A stretch of DNA of 64,000 nucleotides. It comes from Thermoanaerobaculia bacterium. GTDB taxonomy: Bacteria > Acidobacteriota > Thermoanaerobaculia > Multivoradales > UBA5704. The position numbers and the translations under genes are program-made. The stretch spans positions 1 to 64,000 of the forward strand of contig JBGAGQ010000020.1 of the NCBI GenBank assembly GCA_044226625.1, in the 5' to 3' direction. Below, piece by piece: positions 56,062 to 64,000 of this stretch (position 1 is the first letter of the stretch; the number at the start of each line of letters is the position of its first letter). A model generated the notes under the pieces. The model did no database searches and was not told where the DNA came from. It worked only from the letters and a program-made list of their open reading frames with translations.

Positions 56062-57255
56062 TCAGTGGTTTGCCGCCACCCGTCCTTCGTCGGTCACCCG
56101 GTCGCTCGGATAGATGATCACGCGCTCCCCCGCCGCCAGGCCACCGAGGACTTCTACCGCCAGGGCGCTTCGGTGACCCGCGCGGATGCCGCGGCGGTGG
56201 GCCCGCCCGCCTTGGACCACGAAGACGCTCCAGCTCTCCCCAGTGCGAAATACCGCTCCCGCCGGCACCTGAAGGACGCTCTCTCCGCGCCAGAGGACAA
56301 TCGAGGCGAGGACGCGGAAGCGGTCGCCGACTCGCGCGTCGGTATCCAACAGATCGCCGATCACCCGCACCCGCTGCTCTTCGACGCCGAGCGGCGAGAC
56401 CTTGGTGAAACCGGCCGGCTCGATCGTCCGGAGGCGCCCCCGGAGCACCTTGCCGCCGCCGACGTCCAGGCGTATGGAATCGCCGGAGGCGAGGCTCACC
56501 GCGTCGGTCGAGAGCACGTCGACCACCGCCTCGAGCCGCGCGGGGTCGCCGATCTCGAGAATCGGCGTGCCCGCGGGCACCACGCGTTCGGACTCCTCGA
56601 AGCGACGCAGAACCTTGCCCGAGACCGGCGCGGCGAGCGACACGACGCCGCCGGAGGCCGTCCCTTCGAGCAGCGCCGCGCGCGCCCCGGCGAGCTCGCC
56701 GGCCGCCGCCTCGGCGCGATGGCGGGCGGCGTCGAGCAGCTCGGTCTGGGTGCGCTCCGCCGTCCGCGCCTGATCGAGCCCTTCGGCGGCGAGCGTTCCG
56801 GCGGCGAACAGGCGCTCGCTCCGTTCGCGGGTGATCCGGCTCTGCGCGAGCGCGGCCTTCGCTTCGGCCACCCGGGCGAGCGCCTCCGCGTTCCCCGCGC
56901 GCGCCGCGGCGACCGCCGCCTCGGCCTGTCGACGGCTGCGCGGATCGAGCGGCGACACCGCGAGACGCGCCACCACGTCGCCTGCGACGACCGCGTCTCC
57001 TTCGCGTAGGGTCGGCGCAAACAGCCGTCCGGCGACGGGCGCCGCGATCGTGAAGCGGGGCTCGATCCGCGTTTCCCCCTCCGCTTCGAGCGTCGTCTCG
57101 AGCGGTCCGCGGCCGACCGTCGCGAGGTCCACGGGCACGCGCTCGGGGCGTAGCGTCCAGGCGGCCGCACCGACGACGGCGAGCGCCAGGAGAAGGCGCA
57201 GGGTCCAACGAAAGAGGGTGCGTGTCCGTTTCGTACGAGGCGCCATGGCGTTCAC
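56062..57255 (-). CDS. HlyD/MacA-type periplasmic adaptor subunit
   Basis: N-terminal TM, IAAPVAG and APVSG lipoyl halves, coiled coil, FTKVSPLGVEEQRV. Confidence 0.92.
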   Translation of the reverse strand: MNAMAPRTKRTRTLFRWTLRLLLALAVVGAAAWTLRPERVPVDLATVGRGPLETTLEAEGETRIEPRFTIAAPVAGRLFAPTLREGDAVVAGDVVARLAVSPLDPRSRRQAEAAVAAARAGNAEALARVAEAKAALAQSRITRERSERLFAAGTLAAEGLDQARTAERTQTELLDAARHRAEAAAGELAGARAALLEGTASGGVVSLAAPVSGKVLRRFEESERVVPAGTPILEIGDPARLEAVVDVLSTDAVSLASGDSIRLDVGGGKVLRGRLRTIEPAGFTKVSPLGVEEQRVRVIGDLLDTDARVGDRFRVLASIVLWRGESVLQVPAGAVFRTGESWSVFVVQGGRAHRRGIRAGHRSALAVEVLGGLAAGERVIIYPSDRVTDEGRVAANH

Positions 57256-59612
57256 TCCCGGGTCTTGAGCACGGAGATCAGATCGATGCGATCGAGCCGA
57301 CGACGAACCGCGAGCGCGGAAAGCAAGGCCGCGCCGACGACGACCGCCGCCGAGCCGAGGAGGCTTCCCGGAGAGATCACCAGCGGCAGGCGGAACAGCT
57401 CGGTGCGGAAGCGCCAGACGATCAGCGCGCAGAGGCCGATCCCGACGGCGAAGCCGAGCGGAATCCCGAGGAGGGTGAGCGTCCGCTGCTCGCCGAGCAG
57501 CAGGGCCGCCACCTCGCGGCGTGAGAAACCGAGCACCCGGAGCGAGGCGAGCTCCCGGCCGCGCTCGGACAGGGCGATCCGCGCGCCGTTGTAGACCATG
57601 CCGAAGGCGATGACGCAGGCGAAGGCGAGCAACGACGAAATCGAGATGCGGAAGCTCTCCGCGAGCGTCTTCTCGAAGCTCGCGAGTGCGGCGCGCCGCG
57701 CGCCCACGCCGACCACCCCCGGCAACCGCTTCAAGCGCGCGTAGAGATCCTTCTCCGCGCGCGGATCGATCGACAGGAACGCGCCGGAAGCGAGATCCCC
57801 CTCGCCCATCAGACGGCGCGCGGCGTCGAGATCGAGATAAGCCGCGACACCCACGAGCTCGTCGACCTCGCCCGCGACGAGCATCTCCCGCACCGGTCGG
57901 CGCCCTTCGAGCACTTCGACGGCGACCCCGTCCCCCGGCTCGACGCCGAGCCGGCGGGCGAGCTCCGACGTCAACAACAGACCGTCCGGAGGCGGCCGAA
58001 AACTACGGCGACGGCGATCGACGATCCGGCGCAGCGCTCCCTCCGCGGGAAGGCCGAGAAGCGCGGTCCTCTTTTCTCGAGAGCCGTGGCGAAGGCGAAC
58101 GGCGATCGCGCGGTAGGGCTCGACCCGAAGAACGCCCGGCATCCGCAGGAGCTCGCGAGGTGCGCCCGCGAGCGGGGTGCGGAACGAAACCGTCACGTCT
58201 TCGCGCTGAACCAACTCGAACTGGAGCTCCTTGATCACGCCGACGGCGTCGAACATGAAGATCCCGACCAGGACGATCGCGACGGAAAGCGCGAGGCCTA
58301 CCGCCGACAGAAGCGCCTTGCCCGGCCGCCGCTCGAGGTGGCGCAGGATGCTTCGTGCCGCCGGCGGCAGCCAGCGGACGGGGACCAACCGCTCCACCGG
58401 GCCGGGACGGAAGCGGGCGGGGGTCTCCGGCCTCATCGCCTCGGCGGGCGCCAGGGCCGCCGCCCGGCGCACCGCGTCGAGCGCGCCCAGGACGGCGGCG
58501 CCAGCTGCGGCCGCGATCCCCCAGGCGATCACCTCGGCTTGCGGCACGAACGGCGTCTTCGGCAGGGCGAAGAAGCGAGCGTAGACGTCGGCCAGCCGCT
58601 CCGCGAGCCAAAGGCCCGCGGCCGTGCCCATCGCCGCCCCCGCCAACGACGGCACGAGCGCCAACTGGAGATAGTGCCGGGCGATCGCGCCCGAGCCGTA
58701 ACCGAACGCCTTCAGCACCGCGATCTGCTCGCGCTCCGTGCCGATCAGTCGTCCCATCACCAGGTGGAGCAGGAACGCGGTGACGGCGAGAAAGATCGCT
58801 GGCAGCAGCAAGCTCGTCACCTGGGTCTCGGCGATCTCGTCGGAGAAAAAGCGATGCGACAGCTGGTCCTCGCGTCCGTAGGCGCCCAGCCCGCCGTAGG
58901 GAACGAGAATCCGATCGAGACGGGCGATCACCTCGGGAAGGAGCGCCTCGGGAGCGAGCGTCAGCGACACGTCGTTCCAGGAACCGGTCAGGTCGAAGGC
59001 CGCGGCGAGCGGTTTCTCATCGAGCCAGAGAACGCCGAAGCGCCGGTTGTCGGGAAAGATCTGACCGGCGCCGATCTCGTAGACGTATTCCGGGGAGCTC
59101 GCGGTGCCGACGATTCGCAGCCGCAGCCACCGGCCGTGGAGCACGGCTCCCACCGTGTCGCCCACCGCGAGACCGTTGGCGCGGGCGAAGGCGTCGCTCG
59201 CGAGCGCCTCGTCGCGGCGACCCGCCTCGGGATAGCGACCGGAGCGCAGGTGCACCTGGTTGAGCGACGGCGCGCGCGGCACCGGAATCGAAACCAGCCG
59301 GCCGGTTGCGGGCTCGGCGAGGCCCGGCACGTCGAGCAGCACGTCCGCGACCACCCGGGTCGAAACCACCGTCACGCCGGGGATCTCGGCGATCCGCACG
59401 GCGGCCGTTCGAGGCGCCCGCTCGCAATGCGCGAAGACCTGGGCGAAGCGTCCGGATTCATAGGTCGAGCGCTGCGCCCCGGCGAGGTAACCGTGCATGC
59501 TGCGCATCGAAACGAACAGGGCGATGCCCGAGGCCACGACCAGCGCCACCGCGGCGAAAGGCCCCCGTAAGTGCCAGAGGTCGCGGCGGAGCTTGCGATC
59601 GAGGGCGGTCAT
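57252..59612 (-). CDS. MacB/FtsX-like ABC transporter permease (duplicated)
   Basis: Two FtsX-type motifs (EREQIAVLKAFG, ERGRELASLRVLG) and large periplasmic domains. Confidence 0.92.
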   Translation of the reverse strand: MTALDRKLRRDLWHLRGPFAAVALVVASGIALFVSMRSMHGYLAGAQRSTYESGRFAQVFAHCERAPRTAAVRIAEIPGVTVVSTRVVADVLLDVPGLAEPATGRLVSIPVPRAPSLNQVHLRSGRYPEAGRRDEALASDAFARANGLAVGDTVGAVLHGRWLRLRIVGTASSPEYVYEIGAGQIFPDNRRFGVLWLDEKPLAAAFDLTGSWNDVSLTLAPEALLPEVIARLDRILVPYGGLGAYGREDQLSHRFFSDEIAETQVTSLLLPAIFLAVTAFLLHLVMGRLIGTEREQIAVLKAFGYGSGAIARHYLQLALVPSLAGAAMGTAAGLWLAERLADVYARFFALPKTPFVPQAEVIAWGIAAAAGAAVLGALDAVRRAAALAPAEAMRPETPARFRPGPVERLVPVRWLPPAARSILRHLERRPGKALLSAVGLALSVAIVLVGIFMFDAVGVIKELQFELVQREDVTVSFRTPLAGAPRELLRMPGVLRVEPYRAIAVRLRHGSREKRTALLGLPAEGALRRIVDRRRRSFRPPPDGLLLTSELARRLGVEPGDGVAVEVLEGRRPVREMLVAGEVDELVGVAAYLDLDAARRLMGEGDLASGAFLSIDPRAEKDLYARLKRLPGVVGVGARRAALASFEKTLAESFRISISSLLAFACVIAFGMVYNGARIALSERGRELASLRVLGFSRREVAALLLGEQRTLTLLGIPLGFAVGIGLCALIVWRFRTELFRLPLVISPGSLLGSAAVVVGAALLSALAVRRRLDRIDLISVLKTRE

Positions 59613-59637
59613 CGGGAGGCTCGAGCTCGAGTCGGTG

Positions 59638-60390
59638 TCACCACTCCAACTCGGAGGGTGACCGACGCGTGGCGTTTTCCTTAACCTCGACGATCCGCCC
59701 GCTGCGCATGCGGATCACGCGATCGGCCATCCCGGCGATCGCCGCGTTGTGGGTGATCACGGCCGTGGTGGTGCCCAGTTCGCGGTTCAAGGTCTCGATC
59801 ACTTCGAGCACCAACTTGCCGGTCTCGTAGTCGAGGGCGCCGGTCGGTTCGTCGCACAAGAGCACGTCGGGCCGCTTCGCCACGGCGCGCGCGATCGCGA
59901 CCCGCTGCTGCTCGCCGCCCGACATCTGCGCCGGAAAGGAGTCGATCCGCTCCCCCAATCCGACCCGCCGCAACGCCTCGGTCCCGTCCATAGGATCGTC
60001 GGCGATCTCGGTGATCAGCTCCACGTTCTCCCGCGCGGTGAGGCTCGGGATCAGGTTGTAGAACTGGAAGACGAAGCCCACGTGCTCCCGACGGTAGCGG
60101 GTGAGCGCCTCGTCGTCGTCGGTCGCGAGGTCGTGGTCGAGGAAGCGGACGCTTCCCGCGCTCGGCGAGTCGAGGCCGCCCAGGATGTTCAGGAGCGTCG
60201 ATTTGCCGCTGCCCGAGGGTCCGAGCAGGACCACCAGCTCGCCGCGATAGAGCTCGAGATCGACCTCCTGAAGGGCGGCCACCTCGACCTCGCCCATCCG
60301 GTACGTCTTCGACAGGCCGACCGCGCGAAAGACCGCCTCCCGCGGCAAGCCGGAGGGAGAACCCAGCGCGCTCGAAGAGATCGCGTCCAT
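59638..60390 (-). CDS. ABC transporter ATP-binding protein (LolD/MacB-like)
   Basis: [41 protein letters not shown]. Confidence 0.95.
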   Translation of the reverse strand: MDAISSSALGSPSGLPREAVFRAVGLSKTYRMGEVEVAALQEVDLELYRGELVVLLGPSGSGKSTLLNILGGLDSPSAGSVRFLDHDLATDDDEALTRYRREHVGFVFQFYNLIPSLTARENVELITEIADDPMDGTEALRRVGLGERIDSFPAQMSGGEQQRVAIARAVAKRPDVLLCDEPTGALDYETGKLVLEVIETLNRELGTTTAVITHNAAIAGMADRVIRMRSGRIVEVKENATRRSPSELEW

Positions 60391-60469
60391 TGCGAAAGTA
60401 GCGTACGCCGCCCCGGCGGCTCTCACCCCGCACGTGAGGGTGGGCGAGCGCGCCGGGAAATGCAGCTCG

Positions 60470-62443
60470 TCAAAAGGCGTCCACATCCCCCAGCAGGTAC
60501 GCCCGCGCCGGACCCGGACGTCCCGGGACGAAACGACGTACGGTCCGGATCGGCAGGCCTCCCGTGCGGGGAAAGATGCCGCAAACTACCTCGAAGTCGG
60601 AAAAGGCGCAGGGCTCGGCGCGGCCGTCGCCGTCGACGTCCCCGAGCGCGGGGGTCGAGGGGCCGAAGGCCTCGATCGCCGGCCGAAGATTCAGACGCAG
60701 CTCGGGCGCCCCCTCCCCCCGTCCGACATCGCAGATCACCAGGCCGTCTCGATACAGGCAGAGCTCGGCGCGCCCGTCGCCGTCGACGTCGCCCAGGAGG
60801 ACATCGTCCGACGCCCGGCCAAACGAGCCTTGGGGCTCGAGCGTGCCGTCGCGATCGAGATCGCAGAGAAGACGGTCGCCGCGCCGAACGCAGGGATCCG
60901 CTCGCCGGTCGCCGTCGACGTCGGCGAAGAGAGGCCGATCGCCCGGTTCGCCGCGGACTCGGCTCTTCCCTTCGCCGCCCCCGCCGTTGTGTTCGAGGTC
61001 GCACGAGAAGAGCCCCTGCCGATAGACGCAGGGATCGGCACGCCCGTCGCCGTCCCAATCGCCGAGCAGGGGCGTCTCGCCCGAACGGCCGGAGCCGAAG
61101 ACGATCCGTAACGGAGGGCTCGCTCCGGTACCGCCGACCCAATCGCAGACGAAGGCGCGGCCGACGACCGAGCAGGCATCGGCGTCGTGGAGCGCCCGAA
61201 ACGTCTGCGCGACGACGGGGACGAGCCGAGAACCGGGTCTCGGGCTCGACCGCGGCGCCGTCCACGCGGCAACCAGCCGGCCGTCGTCGGCCAGGGCAAC
61301 CCCGGCATGGCGTACCTCGAAGATCTGCTGGGACTGGATCGAGCCGAGCTCGACGGTCGAGCCTTGCGGGGCGAGGTCCGTATCGAGCAGGGCGAGCCGG
61401 ACGCGATCTCCCGCCCGCCAGACGACCGCGAGATTGCCGTGACGGTCGACGGCCAGGGCCTCGAGGGAATCGGCCCCTCCCGAGGCGTCGACTTGCCCAC
61501 CGCCGCGGACGACGAAGGGCACTCCCTCCGCCGTGAACCTCTGTAGCCGAACGGAGCTCTCCCGCACCGGAAGCCGGCGGTCGATCCAGCCGACGACGTA
61601 TCGGCCGTTCGGCAACAGGGCCAAGGCGTCGGCAAGGCCTACCCGGTAGCGCGCAGCGAGTGGATTGCCGTCGCGGTCGAACCGGCGGGCGTACACCACC
61701 CCGCGCCGTCCGTCCGAAACCGTTTGCTCGTTCCAGAGGAAGAGGACGTTGCCGCCGCGATCGACGCCGATCATCGGTCGGCTCGCGCTCCCCTGCGCGG
61801 TCGGTGCGGGGATTGATACGACGGGTACGACCGGCCTCCCCGCGCCGTCAAAGATCTGCATCGCGACCGTCGTGCGGTCGACGTCGCAGCCCTCCGATTC
61901 CTCCCAGGCGATCGCGAAGCGACCCTCGGCGTTGGCAGCCAGGCGAGGATTCCATTGGCAGAAGCCCTCCCGGGGATCCCCCAACGGGCGGGCCTCTCCG
62001 AGCGGGTATCCCTGCTCGTCGAACCGCCGATAGCTCACGTCGGCGCGGCCGAACAGGACGGTATGCCAGGCGCCGATCATTCGGCCCCGGCCGTCGAACG
62101 CGATCGAAGGCGACTCGGGGGCGACGTCGAAAGAGAGCGATCCGCGGGCCAGCCCCACCTCGCCGACCGGTCCGCCGAGGAGCCCCAGAAGGTCCGCGCC
62201 GCAGCCGTAGCGGATGTCGTTGAGCTCCGCGGATCGAAGCTCCGAGCTGGAGGCGACCGCGAAACCAAGAGGGCCGCGAACGGCCACCTGCGGGTCGAAG
62301 CAGAACGAATCGCCCGGAATGGACGGATCGACCGCGCACAGGGGGGCCGGCGGACGGAGGGGAACCAGCTGGCCGAACGAGGCGGATGCGAGGAAGACGA
62401 GCGGGAAGGCGAGGAGGACGAGGACGATCCAGCGGGCACGCAT
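60470..62443 (-). CDS. Secreted protein with N-terminal beta-propeller-like repeats and C-terminal FG-GAP-like repeats
   Basis: Signal peptide [15 protein letters not shown]; repeats [47 protein letters not shown]. Confidence 0.82.
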   Translation of the reverse strand: MRARWIVLVLLAFPLVFLASASFGQLVPLRPPAPLCAVDPSIPGDSFCFDPQVAVRGPLGFAVASSSELRSAELNDIRYGCGADLLGLLGGPVGEVGLARGSLSFDVAPESPSIAFDGRGRMIGAWHTVLFGRADVSYRRFDEQGYPLGEARPLGDPREGFCQWNPRLAANAEGRFAIAWEESEGCDVDRTTVAMQIFDGAGRPVVPVVSIPAPTAQGSASRPMIGVDRGGNVLFLWNEQTVSDGRRGVVYARRFDRDGNPLAARYRVGLADALALLPNGRYVVGWIDRRLPVRESSVRLQRFTAEGVPFVVRGGGQVDASGGADSLEALAVDRHGNLAVVWRAGDRVRLALLDTDLAPQGSTVELGSIQSQQIFEVRHAGVALADDGRLVAAWTAPRSSPRPGSRLVPVVAQTFRALHDADACSVVGRAFVCDWVGGTGASPPLRIVFGSGRSGETPLLGDWDGDGRADPCVYRQGLFSCDLEHNGGGGEGKSRVRGEPGDRPLFADVDGDRRADPCVRRGDRLLCDLDRDGTLEPQGSFGRASDDVLLGDVDGDGRAELCLYRDGLVICDVGRGEGAPELRLNLRPAIEAFGPSTPALGDVDGDGRAEPCAFSDFEVVCGIFPRTGGLPIRTVRRFVPGRPGPARAYLLGDVDAF

Positions 62444-62662
62444 GGCGGATCCCTCCACGGAGGCGGCGCCTCCGTTCGAGCGGAGCGCCGCGATCCGATG
62501 ATAGCCATTACGCACCTTTTGAGAAGACGTTCGAACGGGTGGCCTGGACCCGCCCGGGGGAAGGGGCCAGCCGCTTCGGCTCGGTACCGGGGCCCAGGTC
62601 CGGTTCAGTTTGAGCGGATCGGGTGGGCCGCTCAGAATCCAGACGATTCGAGCGGCGTCGGC

Positions 62663-63088
62663 TTACTCCTCTACGATCTCCCGCCCCCCGTCGGCGGTCC
62701 GTCGCAACGCGAACCGAACGGCGCCCGGCACCGCGAACGGCAGCCGCTCGGCCCATTCGACGACCTTGAGGCCGGGGCCGGCGAGGAGCTCTTCGAGACC
62801 GATCCCCTCGGCTTCCTCGGGCTTCAGGCGGTAGAGGTCGGCATGGACGAGGCGGCCTCGGGGACCCTGGTGCTCTCGGATCAGGGTAAAGGTGGGGGAT
62901 TGGATCTCATCGGGGTCGAGGCCCAGGTGGAGGGCGAATCCCCGGGTGAGCACGGTCTTGCCGGCACCGAGGTCGCCGTCGAGCAGCAGGACCCCGTCGG
63001 GGGGAAGCGAAGCCGCGAGGTGGCGGCCGATCTCGACCGTTTCCTCCTCGCCCGCCGAAACGAAACGCCGCGCGGCCGCCCCGCTCAC
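62663..63088 (-). CDS. tsaE: tRNA threonylcarbamoyladenosine biosynthesis ATPase
   Basis: GDLGAGKT, SPTFTL, HADLYRL, VEWAE. Confidence 0.95.
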   Translation of the reverse strand: MSGAAARRFVSAGEEETVEIGRHLAASLPPDGVLLLDGDLGAGKTVLTRGFALHLGLDPDEIQSPTFTLIREHQGPRGRLVHADLYRLKPEEAEGIGLEELLAGPGLKVVEWAERLPFAVPGAVRFALRRTADGGREIVEE

Positions 63089-64000
63089 TCCGCCGACTCC
63101 TCGGCCAGGCGGCGCGCCGCCTCGGGGAGATGGTCGATCAGGTCGGAGGCGATCAGCCGCTCGAGCCCCGGATCGACGCTCTCGCCGGCTCCGGCGGCGA
63201 GGTCCCCCGCGAGGCCGTGGAGGTAGACGCCGAGGCGCGCCGCGTCGAGTGGATCGAGCCCCTGGGCGAGCAAAGCGACGAGCAGGCCGGAGAGGACGTC
63301 GCCCGCTCCGCCGGTCGCCATGCCCGGATTGCCGGTCGGATTGATCCAGACCCCGGCTTCACTCGCGACCAGGGTTCGGTGTCCCTTGAGCACCACCACC
63401 GCCCCGGTTTCCTTGGCGGCGCGACGGACCGCCGCGAGGCGATCCGCCTGGATCTCCGCCGCGGAGACCTCGAGCAGGCGCCCCAGCTCCCCGGGGTGCG
63501 GCGTGAGGATTGCCGGGGCACGCCTCGAGGCCAACGTCGCCGCGGTGCCCGCGAAGGCATTGAGTCCGTCGGCGTCGAGGACGAACGGAACCTCCACCTC
63601 GAGCGCGAGACGGCGGATCTCCGCTCGCGCGCTGTCGCTCGTTCCCAGCCCGGGACCGAGCGCGAGCGCGTTCCTGTCGCGTGCCTCCGCGAGCGCCCTC
63701 TCGGCCGCTCCGAAGGCGAGCCCCCCTCCCTCGTTCGACGGCAGACCGAGCGTCATCGATTCGAGGGAAGCGGAGTCCACGTGGAGTAGGAGCGGCTCGG
63801 GGACCGCGACCGTCACCAGGCCCGCGCCCCCACGCACGGCGGCCTGCGCGGCGAGGATCGCCGCCCCGGACTTACCCGGCGATCCGGCGACGACGAGGGC
63901 GTGGCCGGCGCTCCCCTTGTGCGCCTCCGGCACGCGCCGCGGCAGCAGCGGAGCGAGATCCTCCGGAGTCATCAGGAAGAGATCCCCGTCGGCCTCGTCG
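63085..64000 (-). CDS. nnr: NAD(P)H-hydrate dehydratase domain, probably C-terminal half of bifunctional Nnr (5' part outside window)
   Basis: HKGSAGH, GPGLG, LDADGLN, LTPHPGE, LKG, MATGGAGDVLSG. Confidence 0.93.
   Translation of the reverse strand, partial: DEADGDLFLMTPEDLAPLLPRRVPEAHKGSAGHALVVAGSPGKSGAAILAAQAAVRGGAGLVTVAVPEPLLLHVDSASLESMTLGLPSNEGGGLAFGAAERALAEARDRNALALGPGLGTSDSARAEIRRLALEVEVPFVLDADGLNAFAGTAATLASRRAPAILTPHPGELGRLLEVSAAEIQADRLAAVRRAAKETGAVVVLKGHRTLVASEAGVWINPTGNPGMATGGAGDVLSGLLVALLAQGLDPLDAARLGVYLHGLAGDLAAGAGESVDPGLERLIASDLIDHLPEAARRLAEESAE

Noticed and set aside
56062-60390. MacAB-like exporter as the lipopeptide exporter
   Set aside because: It lies 40 kb from the NRPS with many housekeeping genes between; a widespread three-gene family with nothing linking it to the cluster.
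62516-62662. GC-rich hairpins downstream of tsaE as a possible ncRNA or riboswitch
   Set aside because: Stems exist (tgagcgg/ccgctca, agccg/cggct) but I recognise no SRP, tRNA or riboswitch consensus, and such stems arise easily at this GC content. An Rfam/Infernal scan would settle it.

Overview
Very GC-rich bacterial chromosomal window. Gene content and order (yicC-gmk-rpoZ-coaBC-udg, large GreA, several ECF sigma factors) fit Acidobacteriota or a related lineage; this is inference, not a database result. The left 16 kb is the start of a lipopeptide NRPS-PKS cluster that runs off the window: a 5193-aa NRPS with architecture FAAL-ACP-C-A(Leu-like)-T-C-A(Ala)-T-C-T-C-T-C-A(unusual code)-T, followed by a hybrid-type ketosynthase gene. 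Its most striking trait is two consecutive modules with no adenylation domain, both with intact C and T motifs and apparent A-domain deletion scars. The rest is mostly housekeeping and envelope genes: truA, thrABC, a NUDIX-MBL fusion, a DPP11-like S46 peptidase, a run of PP2C, J-TPR, RodZ and two paralogous helical-repeat genes, a 686-aa GreA, recD2, two ECF/anti-sigma pairs, an orphan flavin halogenase-like gene, a YfhO-type GT-C, a MacAB-like ABC exporter, an FG-GAP-like protein, tsaE and nnr. I also found a REP-like inverted doublet and repeated -10 boxes just upstream of start codons, suggesting leaderless mRNAs. I saw no rRNA, tRNA, CRISPR array or transposase.
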